IMG/VR virus record: IMGVR_UViG_3300006033_000029
Span: 1-61,769 of that record
From: a virus
Taxonomy: Duplodnaviria; Caudoviricetes
Reading direction: 5' to 3' (one strand)
DNA length: 61,769 bases
The notes under the pieces are model-generated. The model ran no database searches. It saw only the letters and a list, made by a program, of their open reading frames with translations, and was not told the origin of the DNA. Below are positions 1 through 8,245 of the stretch, piece after piece. The stretch's first letter is position 1. Every line of letters begins with the position of its first letter. Both the position numbers and the translations under genes were made by a program.

Positions 1-230
1 CTCGTCCAGGCCAGCAGGGCTGCACCTCGTCCAGGCCAGCAGGGCCGCACCTCGTCCAGGCCACCAGGGCTGCACCTCGGACGCGCCAGCAGGGCTGCAC
101 CTCGTCCAGGCCAGCAGGGCTGCACCTCGTCCAGGCCACCAGGGCTGCACCTCGTCCAGGCCACCAGGGCTGCACCTCGTCCAGGCCACCAGGGCTGCAC
201 CTCGTCCAGGCCACCAGGGCTGCACCTCGG
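1..230. repeat. Tandem array of nine 25-bp units CTCGTCCAGGCCA(G/C)CAGGGCTGCAC plus a partial unit
   Basis: Units start at 1, 26, 51, 76, 101, 126, 151, 176 and 201. Unit 4 is divergent (CTCGGACGCG...). No spacers. Confidence 0.97.
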
Positions 231-347
231 GCGAGACTTCAAACATTCAAAGCTATGCAGACGTGAATATGTTTTTCCGGGAAGGTGTGGGCAGGCAGGA
301 GCGCTGCAGTCGCACACCAGGCCGCTAGGTCCGAACGGGTTAGCCGT

Positions 348-559
348 CACTACCTTGGAACCTCGCCGTGTCTAATTTTCCGCACTACCTCAGACCCTCG
401 CCGTTGCTTGAGCGCACTACCTCGGCACTGCAGCCGTACCTGACTCCCATCCCACTACCTCGGCACTGCAGCCGTGCCCGGATTGTTGCCGAGAAACACC
501 ACTACCTTGGAAAGTTGCCAAGAACTCTTCAGTTCATCAGCACACTGACTACCTTGGAA
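348..559. repeat. Six spaced direct repeats (C/G)ACTACCT(T/C)(G/A)G
   Basis: Copies at 348, 383, 415, 453, 500 and 547. The copies at 415 and 453 share the longer CACTACCTCGGCACTGCAGCCGT. Confidence 0.85.
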
Positions 560-584
560 TGTCAGCAAAGAACAGGAGTTCGAA

Positions 585-1183
585 GTGGTTCCGCCAGTGC
601 CGATGGAAGGTTTCACAAAAGACGGTGCGGTTGTTCTGCGCCAGGTCGAGAGCGACAACACACAGTTGGCGCGATGGCTCGTCAGATGCGCTTGTGGCGC
701 CGAGTTCGTAAAGCGAGGTTCCGACATTCGACGCGGACAATATCTTCGCTGTCGTTCCTGTGCGAACAGGCACTTAGCCGAACTCAGTAGGACTCACGGA
801 GAGACCGACGGCTATCTTATGGTGGCTAGAGAGAACATGCTCAAGCGATGCTACAGCGATACTTATGAAGGCCCGAAAACTACGCCGGTCGAGGCATCGC
901 CGTTTATGAGCCCTGGCGCAACTCGTACTCGACCTTTGCCGCTGACATCCGCAGGGAGATTGGCGAACGCCCTTCGAAAGCGCATTCGATCGACCGCATC
1001 AACAACGATGGCAACTATGAGCCTGGCAACGTCCGATGGGCTACAAGATCTGAGCAGATGCGGAACAGACGCCCGTCTTCTCAATGGAAGGGGAAAGGTG
1101 ACAGACCAAGGAAGACTCCATCCATGACCCAGGAGCCGAACCCACTGCAGGCTTACGTCGACGCGCTCCTATGTTGGCCGTGA
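585..1183 (+). pseudogene. Free-standing HNH homing endonuclease interrupted by a -1 frameshift near 878
   Basis: Frame 0 reads WLVRCACG...CRSC...THG...MLKRCY. The -1 frame continues NYAGRGIAVYEPW...SIDRINNDGNYEPGNVRWATRSEQMRNRR to TGA at 1181-1183. SD AGGAG precedes GTG 585. Confidence 0.85.
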
Positions 1184-1220
1184 AACGAATCTTGCGAAAC
1201 GGATTCGCCACTTTCGATTT

Positions 1221-1313
1221 GTCAAGTGCCGAGCGTCAAATGCTGAGCGGAATCACTTTGCGGGTTGTTTTCCTCGAACCGATATGGCTTAATCCGCGCG
1301 TCAAGTGCTGAGC
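1221..1313. repeat. Three 14-bp direct repeats GTCAA(G/A)TGC(C/T)GAGC
   Basis: At 1221, 1235 and 1300, upstream of ORF 1329. Confidence 0.7.
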
Positions 1314-1328
1314 GTGAGGAACGACATC

Positions 1329-1559
1329 ATGAATCCTGCCCTTACCGTTTACGTCCGCATCGCGCTCTACATCCTCGCGGGCCGTCTCATGGCCGGTGGC
1401 TGGATCCCCGAAGACGTGAAGCTGATGCTGGTCTCCCCCGAGATGGTCGAGACCACGACCGGCATCCTGCTCGGCGCCATCACGATCGCCTGGTATCACT
1501 ACAGCCGGGCGCGCAACGCCATTGTCAGGTTGGTGAAGTCGAGTGCCGGGGCTCGGTAA
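1329..1559 (+). CDS. Small membrane protein, holin-like
   Basis: SD GAGG before ATG 1329. Two hydrophobic segments and a basic C-terminus. Confidence 0.6.
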   Translation: MNPALTVYVRIALYILAGRLMAGGWIPEDVKLMLVSPEMVETTTGILLGAITIAWYHYSRARNAIVRLVKSSAGAR

Positions 1560-1932
1560 ACTCTTAAGTCTGATCTTCGGAGGCGGGCTACCCGATCAAC
1601 TGCGCCGTGCCTATGAGGCGAAGCTGCGCGCACAGAACGACGCCGACAAACTGGCGCTGGACCGCGACATCGAACGTATCAGCGCAGCGATCGAGATGGC
1701 ACGCATCGCGGCGCAGGATCGTCTCGGCGCCACCTCCATCGGTCGATACCTCATCGTCGTGCCCTATGGCATCTGGTGGGCAGCGATCTTCCTGGTGCAG
1801 ATCCTAAACCCTTGGTTTGGCCTGAACCTCGTGGTGATCGACGTGCCGCCCATGATTCATGACATGGCGAAAGTGCTGATCCCTGCAATCCTCATCGCTG
1901 ACGTGGGTCAGACGTTGGCGCGTCGCCGCTGA
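1543..1932 (+). CDS. Membrane protein, possible holin/lysis accessory
   Basis: Amphipathic N-terminus, coiled coil, two C-terminal hydrophobic helices, RRR tail. Confidence 0.6.
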   Translation: MPGLGKLLSLIFGGGLPDQLRRAYEAKLRAQNDADKLALDRDIERISAAIEMARIAAQDRLGATSIGRYLIVVPYGIWWAAIFLVQILNPWFGLNLVVIDVPPMIHDMAKVLIPAILIADVGQTLARRR

Positions 1933-2048
1933 TAATAGCGGATTCCGGGAAACAATACTTGACAAATCAGCAACATAACTACCGAGCGCCCTTGACCTAC
2001 AAGCGTGAGTAGGGAATCGTTTCCTTACAACTACAAGGGGTATTTAAG

Positions 2049-3170
2049 TTGGGAATCAGCGACGATGAACGCGCTCGTCGAGACGCACTGATCGCTGAGG
2101 CGCAGCGCAGCGGGCGATCAATGAAAGACGTCGCCGCCGAGTTGGGTATCAACGAGCGGACTTTGCGCCGATACCGCGAAGCCAAGGGTGACCCCGCGAT
2201 CGAGGAAGCCAAGTCAGCGGTCAACACGGCTCTCGAACCCGCGCTTGTCTGGGCCAAGACGAAGAGCGAGGATGGCACCAGCTTCTCCGTGCTGCTAAAA
2301 CCACAGGTCTGTAGCGAAAGCACTCTCGAACACATCCGTGAAGTCTTCGACGGAATCGTCCCGGCCGATCCAGTCCAGCCGCCAGACCAAGTGAAGAGCG
2401 ACCTCCTGACGCTATACCCGCTGATGGACGCACACATCGGCATGATGGCTTGGGGCCGCGAGACGGGCGACGTGGACTACGACCTGAAACTCGCAGCCCA
2501 GGACATGCGTCACGCCTTTACCCAGGTGACGGCACTGGTCCCGCCCTCTGACACGGCGCTGCTCATCGTCGGCGGCGACTACACGCACCAGGACGACAGC
2601 AATGCCGAGACGCCCGCCTCGAAGCACAAGCTGGACGTCGACGGGCGCTTCCACAAGGTGCTAGACGAGGCGATCAGGATCCTCGTCGAGGCGGTCGACA
2701 TCCTGCTCAGGAAGCACCGCACGCTGCATGTGCGCGTACTCAGGGGCAATCATGATCCTCATGCTCACCTGATCATCACGTTCGCGCTGTACGAGCGCTA
2801 CCGCAATGAGCCACGCATCAGGGTCGAGAAGGAACCGCGCGATCTGTTCATGATGCAATGGGGCCGGTCGGCGATCTTCGCTCACCACGGCGACAAGGCC
2901 AAGCCGCAGCAGATGGCGCTCTACCTCAGTGACATATGCCCGTTCTGGTCCGAGACGAAGCACCGGCATCTGTTCACCGGCCACGTCCATCATGATCAGG
3001 CGAAGGACGTCGGGCCGCTGCGCTTCGAGAGTCTGCGTGCCTTCTGCCCGCCTGACGCCTACGCCGCGTCTATGGGCTATGGCGGGCGTCGGGCTCTGCA
3101 GGCGGTCACATTCCACAAGCAGAAGGGTCTGGTGCTGCGGGCACTGGATCCCATCGAGAGGGCTGCATGA
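2049..3170 (+). CDS. Calcineurin-like metallophosphoesterase with N-terminal HTH
   Basis: Motifs DAH, GGD, GNHD, HHGD and TGHVH. N-terminal MKDVAAELGINERTLRRY HTH. Confidence 0.85.
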   Translation: MGISDDERARRDALIAEAQRSGRSMKDVAAELGINERTLRRYREAKGDPAIEEAKSAVNTALEPALVWAKTKSEDGTSFSVLLKPQVCSESTLEHIREVFDGIVPADPVQPPDQVKSDLLTLYPLMDAHIGMMAWGRETGDVDYDLKLAAQDMRHAFTQVTALVPPSDTALLIVGGDYTHQDDSNAETPASKHKLDVDGRFHKVLDEAIRILVEAVDILLRKHRTLHVRVLRGNHDPHAHLIITFALYERYRNEPRIRVEKEPRDLFMMQWGRSAIFAHHGDKAKPQQMALYLSDICPFWSETKHRHLFTGHVHHDQAKDVGPLRFESLRAFCPPDAYAASMGYGGRRALQAVTFHKQKGLVLRALDPIERAA

Positions 3171-3745
3171 TCAGCGCAGACGACATCGAGGCCATGCAGG
3201 ATAACGGGCCGTCCCTGTTGGGCATCTGCGGTCGCAAAGGCTCGGGCAAGAGCACCGCTGCTCAAGTGCTGCTTGACGCCGGCTGGAAGCGGGTGAAGTT
3301 CGCCGATCCGCTGAAGAACATGCTGCGAGTGATCGGGCTCGACGACCGTCACATCGAGGGTGATCTGAAGGAACTACCTTGCGACCTGCTTGGGGGCAAA
3401 ACGCCTCGCTGGGCCATGCAGAGCCTCGGCACCGAGTGGGGCCGCAACTGCATCTTCCCCGACTTCTGGATGAGCCTGGCGCGGCGTGAGATCGCGCTGG
3501 TGCTGGCACAGGGTTACAGCGTCGTGGTGGACGACGTGCGGTTTGACAACGAGGCGCAGATGATCCGCGACTTGGGCGGCTCGGTGCTCCTGATCAAGCG
3601 CGGCTCGGATGCACCGATCGAGCATGAGAGCGAGAAGGGTGTCACGCCCGACTTCACCTATGAGAACGATCTCACGGTCAAACATCTGACCGGCTACATG
3701 CACTACGTCTTTCTTGAAAACGAATCCTTGCGTTCCGTCTTATAA
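3167..3745 (+). CDS. Deoxynucleoside monophosphate kinase
   Basis: P-loop GRKGSGKST, plus KFADPLK, TPRWAMQSLGTEWGR, DDVRFDNE and HESE. Confidence 0.92.
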   Translation: MISADDIEAMQDNGPSLLGICGRKGSGKSTAAQVLLDAGWKRVKFADPLKNMLRVIGLDDRHIEGDLKELPCDLLGGKTPRWAMQSLGTEWGRNCIFPDFWMSLARREIALVLAQGYSVVVDDVRFDNEAQMIRDLGGSVLLIKRGSDAPIEHESEKGVTPDFTYENDLTVKHLTGYMHYVFLENESLRSVL

Positions 3746-3761
3746 TCACTTTAATAGTGAT
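3745..3761. promoter_or_regulatory. Operator-like palindrome ATCAC-TTTAATA-GTGAT
   Basis: Perfect match to the recurrent ATCAC-N7-GTGAT motif, upstream of ORF 3786. Confidence 0.75.
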
Positions 3762-3785
3762 ATATGAGCGTAAGGAGAACACGCG

Positions 3786-3953
3786 ATGGGTGTGACTGTC
3801 CGCAGATATGGTCGACGCAAGTTCACCAGCATGTACGCGCTGATCAATGAACTCAGGAAGGCGATCCGCGAGCACGATGCCGAGAAGACCGAGGCGATCT
3901 GGGATCAGTGCGAGCCGTTCATCGACGTAGTGTTTGAAAGGGGCGCCGAGTAG
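3786..3953 (+). CDS. Hypothetical protein, 55 aa (MGVTVRRYGRRKF...)
   Basis: SD AAGGAG, ATG 3786 to TAG 3953. Too short for the supplied ORF track. Confidence 0.7.
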   Translation: MGVTVRRYGRRKFTSMYALINELRKAIREHDAEKTEAIWDQCEPFIDVVFERGAE

Positions 3954-3961
3954 CGCCCCTT
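3938..3961. terminator. GC-rich hairpin between convergent genes
   Basis: Stem AAGGGGCGC/GCGCCCCTT. Confidence 0.7.
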
Positions 3962-3970
3962 CCCTTCAGA

Positions 3971-6900
3971 TCAACCGCACTTGCTGTCGCCACAGTCGAG
4001 GCACTGGAAGCAGCCCGCCTCGTTCTTTGTATTGAAGCTGCTGCACTTCGGACACTGCTTCGACTTGGGCACATTCACTGCCGGACTGAAAGTGTGAAGA
4101 TCTTCGTCCTCGGCGACGCCACCGACGTGAACGGTCATCCGCTTGTCATCCATATGCCGCTCGATGACGCCACCGATCGCCGCCAGCACCGATGGGATGT
4201 ACTTCCCACCCAGCCAGGCTCCGCCGCGAGGATCGAACACGGCCTTCAGTTCCTCGGCAACGAACCGAACATCGCCGCCACGCCGGAACACTGCCGAGAT
4301 CATTCTCGTCAGCGCCACGATCCACGAGAAGTGCTCGGTGTCCTTGGAGTTGATGAATACCTCGAAGGGGTTGCCATGCTCATCGTCGTTGATGGTGACG
4401 TAGATCGCGTGCTCGCTACCCGGCCACTTCAGCTTGTAGGTGTAGCCCATCAGATGTTCAGGCCGCTCGGCGAGAGGTGTGGGGGTCGGGGCGTCGGGCT
4501 CTGACAGTGAACCGCCAGACTCGCCATCAATAGCTGTCTCATCCTTCTTCGGCTCCACACTCAGCACGGATCCAGTGACGTCGTTGGGTCGGTAGGTCGT
4601 GCAGCCCTTGCAGCCCATCTCGTAGGCCATCAGGTAGACCGCCTTGAAGTCGTCAAAGGAGATGTCCTCGGGCAGATTCACCGTCTTGCTGATCGAGGAG
4701 TCGACCCACTTCTGCGCAGCCGCTTGCATCTTGACGTGTGCCTCTGGCGGGAGGGTCTGCGCGCTGACGAAGTAGTCGGGAAGAGGCTGATCCTTGTCGA
4801 CGCGAATGGTGCGACTCCACAGCCCATAGGCGTAGTCCTCAACCTGCTCCTCGCGCTTCGAGCCGTCCTTCTCGAGCACCTTGCGGGTGTAGTGGTAGGC
4901 AAAGACTGGCTCGATGCCCGAGGAGATGTTGCCGGCATAGAGCGAGATGGTGCCGGTCGGCGCGATGGATGTCAGGTGTGAGTTGCGGAGGCCATACTTG
5001 GCAATGGCGAGGCGAACTTCCTCATCGAACTGCTGAATGTAGGGATGGTTGAGGTATGCCTCCTTGTCGAAGAGCGGGAACGGTCCCTTTTCAACGGCCA
5101 ACTCCGCACTTGCAAGATAGGCTTCTTGGGCGATGGATCGAGTGATTGCGTCAACCCAGGCAACAGCCTCATCGCTACCATAGGTGATGCCCAGCATCAG
5201 CAGCGCATCGGCGACGCCGGTCACGCCGAGGCCGATGCGGCGCTTGTTCTTCGACTCCTCGGCCTGCTGCGGAAGTGGGAAATTGGTCACCTCGATCACG
5301 TTGTCGAGCATCCGCACGGCAGTGCGGACCAGTTCCTTCAGAGCCTTGGAATCGAGGTGCGCGGTCTCGCTGTCGAATGGATGCTTGATCAGCGCCGCCA
5401 GGTTGATCGAACCCAGCAGACACGCGCCGTAGGGCGGGAGGGGCTGCTCGCCGCAATTTCCAGTATAACACCATTCCGAAGGAAACACATGTTCATCGTG
5501 ATACACAGAGATGTCCCAGACTTTGTGATGACCGACACTCTTTGTTCTTTTCACCACTTGATGTGAGGAGGAAACATGATCTCGTTTCTCACTTTTCAGG
5601 TGATCCTTTAGACGCGCCATCTTGCGTCCGCAAGACAAACGAAACAGATTGGAGAAGCGAACGGTGTTGCCATGACTGAGAGTGAGATCGCACCTATCGT
5701 AAAGCCCGCCGAAGGCTTCCGACTTTGAATCTCGAAGATTGCTGTTGATGCCGTGAAATGCCAAAAGTACTGCTACTTCTCGGCACAGCGCAGAACTCTT
5801 GTTGGTGAAGGTGATAGGTGCGTTTTCACCTGAAACATCATTCACGCATCCATCGGTAGAGAACAGACCGTCAACAAAACCGGCGATGAAATCGTCGTTC
5901 GATACCCAAACAGTCGCCGGAAGAGATGATTTGTCACCAAAGGTCAGGCCGACCCTTTCGACAAATTGCCGAACAACCGCGTCTCTCGTGACATTCAGTA
6001 TAACTTCGTCTGCCTGTTCTTTGGGAGCGACATTGAAGTACTCTGCGACAATGCCCTGCAGATCGGTGTCCAATTTATTACAATGAACCGACATGTAAGC
6101 CCGACCATCGTCAGACCTGACGTTGTATGAACCATCTCCGAAGACGATGCCTGCGACCAGGCCGTCTTGGTATGTAAGATCTGGGCGATTCGTCATGCCC
6201 AACCGCTCATTGCGGTTAAGCGGAATGCGATCGCCATCGCGCAGATCAGAAGCGTAGGACTTCAGATAACGACCATTGACCTGCACCGGCCAGCGATGTT
6301 CCTTTGTGGATCGAACAGTCTTACCGCCTCCGAAATCTATCTCCAAAACTTCAGCGGATTCGCTGGACAGGAAGCACTTTGCTGGCGCCCATCTTCCGTC
6401 AAGAGATTTAACGAAGAACTCTTTGCCTTCGAGGCTCTCGATTGGGAATATGCCGTCTTTGGTGTGGATCATCGTTCCTGCTGGCATTGAAGGATTAGTC
6501 GCGGCGATCGTCTCGCAGTAGTTCAGCGGGTTCATCGCGTTGATGCGATCAATGAAGATCACGCCCGGCTCGGCGTAGTCATAGGTCGCCTTCATGATCT
6601 TGTCCCAGAGATCCCGGGCGCGCACCGTCCGCTCAAGCAGCGTCTCTCCGGCACGCTTCTCGAAGTGCAGCCGCCAATCTGCATCGTCCTTGACGGCCTG
6701 CATGAAGGCGTCGGTGACCAGGACAGACATGTTGAACATCCGAAGGCGCGCCGGATCCTGCTTCGCCTCGATGAAAGCTTCGATGTCCGGATGATCGCAG
6801 CGCATCGTCGCCATCATGGCGCCACGTCGCGAACCGGCCGACATCACGGTGCGGCACATCGAGTCCCAGCAGTCCATGAAGGTGAGCGGCCCCGAAGCGT

Positions 6901-7312
6901 CGGAACCGACTCCCTTCACCAGCGTCCCCTTCGGCCGAATGGTCGAGAAGTCGTGCCCGATCCCGCCGCCCTGCTGCATGGTCAACGCCGCATCCTTGAG
7001 CGCGTCGAATATCCCCTCCATGCTGTCGGGGATGGTGCCCAAGACGTAACAGTTGAGCATCGTGACGCGCCGCCCGGTCCCGGCACCCGAGATGATCCGC
7101 CCGGCCGGGAGGAACTTGAAGCCTTCGAGGGCCTTGTAGAACTTATCCTCGAAGTGCGCCTGATCCTCGGGCTTCTCGGCCGATGCGAGCGCCTTGGCGA
7201 TGCGCCGCCAGGTGTCTTCGACCGTCACGTCGATCGGCGTGCCATCTGGCTCCTTGAACCGATACTTCGCGTCCCAGATCTGCTCCGCGATCAGCGCGGG
7301 AAAACTTGACAT
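3971..7312 (-). CDS. nrdJ: Class II (adenosylcobalamin-dependent) ribonucleotide reductase containing an intein
   Basis: FLPAGRI, NCYV, GGGIGHDFS, RRGAMM, TNP|intein|CGEQPL, SIAPTGTIS, KGCTTYR. C-terminal TSCPD-like domain and Zn ribbon. No small-subunit gene present. Confidence 0.95.
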   Translation of the reverse strand: MSSFPALIAEQIWDAKYRFKEPDGTPIDVTVEDTWRRIAKALASAEKPEDQAHFEDKFYKALEGFKFLPAGRIISGAGTGRRVTMLNCYVLGTIPDSMEGIFDALKDAALTMQQGGGIGHDFSTIRPKGTLVKGVGSDASGPLTFMDCWDSMCRTVMSAGSRRGAMMATMRCDHPDIEAFIEAKQDPARLRMFNMSVLVTDAFMQAVKDDADWRLHFEKRAGETLLERTVRARDLWDKIMKATYDYAEPGVIFIDRINAMNPLNYCETIAATNPSMPAGTMIHTKDGIFPIESLEGKEFFVKSLDGRWAPAKCFLSSESAEVLEIDFGGGKTVRSTKEHRWPVQVNGRYLKSYASDLRDGDRIPLNRNERLGMTNRPDLTYQDGLVAGIVFGDGSYNVRSDDGRAYMSVHCNKLDTDLQGIVAEYFNVAPKEQADEVILNVTRDAVVRQFVERVGLTFGDKSSLPATVWVSNDDFIAGFVDGLFSTDGCVNDVSGENAPITFTNKSSALCREVAVLLAFHGINSNLRDSKSEAFGGLYDRCDLTLSHGNTVRFSNLFRLSCGRKMARLKDHLKSEKRDHVSSSHQVVKRTKSVGHHKVWDISVYHDEHVFPSEWCYTGNCGEQPLPPYGACLLGSINLAALIKHPFDSETAHLDSKALKELVRTAVRMLDNVIEVTNFPLPQQAEESKNKRRIGLGVTGVADALLMLGITYGSDEAVAWVDAITRSIAQEAYLASAELAVEKGPFPLFDKEAYLNHPYIQQFDEEVRLAIAKYGLRNSHLTSIAPTGTISLYAGNISSGIEPVFAYHYTRKVLEKDGSKREEQVEDYAYGLWSRTIRVDKDQPLPDYFVSAQTLPPEAHVKMQAAAQKWVDSSISKTVNLPEDISFDDFKAVYLMAYEMGCKGCTTYRPNDVTGSVLSVEPKKDETAIDGESGGSLSEPDAPTPTPLAERPEHLMGYTYKLKWPGSEHAIYVTINDDEHGNPFEVFINSKDTEHFSWIVALTRMISAVFRRGGDVRFVAEELKAVFDPRGGAWLGGKYIPSVLAAIGGVIERHMDDKRMTVHVGGVAEDEDLHTFSPAVNVPKSKQCPKCSSFNTKNEAGCFQCLDCGDSKCG
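5456..6490 (-). mobile_element. 345-aa intein with two-motif LAGLIDADG endonuclease at the RNR active-site Cys
   Basis: Starts SMPAGTMIHT. Block B STKEHRW. Motifs VAGIVFGDG and VDGLFSTDG. Ends VWDISV...YTGN|C. Confidence 0.93.
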
Positions 7313-7319
7313 ATGATGC

Positions 7320-7336
7320 CTCACTATTCGGGTGAT
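7320..7336. promoter_or_regulatory. Operator-like site CTCAC-TATTCGG-GTGAT directly upstream of nrdJ
   Basis: One mismatch to ATCAC-N7-GTGAT; overlaps the nrdJ SD. Confidence 0.7.
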
Positions 7337-7383
7337 TTAACGCACATCTTGTGCCAGAAGGCTCTAGGCCACACAAGGATTCG

Positions 7384-7515
7384 TTAGGGACTAAGTACCA
7401 CTGCAAGCGTGACCGACACACATGTCCCGATGAAGTAGTGCACTTTCTCTCGCCGATGGATCATTTCAACAGAGCAGATCAGGGCAACGATGAGAAAGCC
7501 GATAGGGATCACCAT
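7384..7515 (-). CDS. 43-aa hydrophobic peptide, or remnant of a membrane protein
   Basis: AGGAGG SD then MVIPIGFLIVALICSVEMIHRREKVHYFIGTCVSVTLAVVLSP. Confidence 0.45.
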   Translation of the reverse strand: MVIPIGFLIVALICSVEMIHRREKVHYFIGTCVSVTLAVVLSP

Positions 7516-7831
7516 AGATCCTCCTAGTAGAGTTCGGGACCAGATAGCGACGACGAAAAACGCGATCAGTCCGGTCAGCCAGAGAAGGTACGTTGATCAC
7601 CGTGGTCGCCGGGCTTGATCCGCGCGTGGCAATCTTCACCGCCTGGGAAGATCGAAAAAACCTGATATTCTGGCCGACCCGGTTCCTTGCGGCGGCTTCG
7701 GCCATCAGTGACGCATCCTCATGCGACAGGCGCGCCACGACCAGCAGATAGTTTGCCGGGTCGTCGCGCGCCGTAGCCTTGGCGCGGGCCGCACTGGTGG
7801 ACTCCAGCCGTTCCACAAGAGCATCGCTCAT
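7466..7831 (-). CDS. Hypothetical protein; C-terminal half probably chimeric
   Basis: Coupled to the upstream gene by an ATGA overlap with GGAG SD. Sequence character changes after AEAAAR (~7685). Confidence 0.45.
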   Translation of the reverse strand: MSDALVERLESTSAARAKATARDDPANYLLVVARLSHEDASLMAEAAARNRVGQNIRFFRSSQAVKIATRGSSPATTVINVPSLADRTDRVFRRRYLVPNSTRRIYGDPYRLSHRCPDLLC

Positions 7832-7944
7832 TCCGTCTCTCCTTTCATGAGGCCCCAGATGGCGATTCCGATCACCTCCACCGCCATGAGCAGCACGAGG
7901 GTCAGCAAGGCGGAGGTGTCGGGGTCAGGCATCAGTTCACCCAT
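7828..7944 (-). CDS. Small single-TM protein
   Basis: SD GAGG, then MGELMPDPDTSALLTLVLLMAVEVIGIAIWGLMKGETE. Confidence 0.55.
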   Translation of the reverse strand: MGELMPDPDTSALLTLVLLMAVEVIGIAIWGLMKGETE

Positions 7945-8245
7945 GGCGCGCGTCCTCGGCCCAGACCGCCGCCGCGCATTCAGGGTCCTTCTCAGCGACC
8001 AGCGCACGGTCGTCTGCGTCGCAATCCAGCACGCGTGGCAGGCACCCGTCCTCGCCTTCGATGCCTGCGGCAAAGAGGATCGCAGACGCGCGCTGGCAAT
8101 GAGTGTGCGACTTCCAGACCCAAGCATCACCGCCATCAACGATGCGGGCGCGAACGTAGATTTCGCCGGGCGCAATGCGGCCCCCGCAGTTTTCACAGCG
8201 GTGCGGCTTATTTGCGCGTTGCGTTGTCGTCCCGAGGTTAAGCAT
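7937..8245 (-). CDS. Zn-binding hypothetical phage protein
   Basis: ANKPHRCENCG...KSHTHC. SD GAGG before ATG 8245. Confidence 0.7.
   Translation of the reverse strand: MLNLGTTTQRANKPHRCENCGGRIAPGEIYVRARIVDGGDAWVWKSHTHCQRASAILFAAGIEGEDGCLPRVLDCDADDRALVAEKDPECAAAVWAEDARHG

Noticed and set aside
1-559. CRISPR array
   Set aside because: The 25-bp units are contiguous with no spacers, the ACTACCT repeats are short and irregular, and there is no cas operon. The Cas4-like DUF2800 gene is a standard phage exonuclease.
1183-1320. tRNA or structured ncRNA in intergenic gaps (also 10650-10745 and 20100-20160)
   Set aside because: Only short hairpins and repeats; no cloverleaf or T-loop/D-loop consensus seen.
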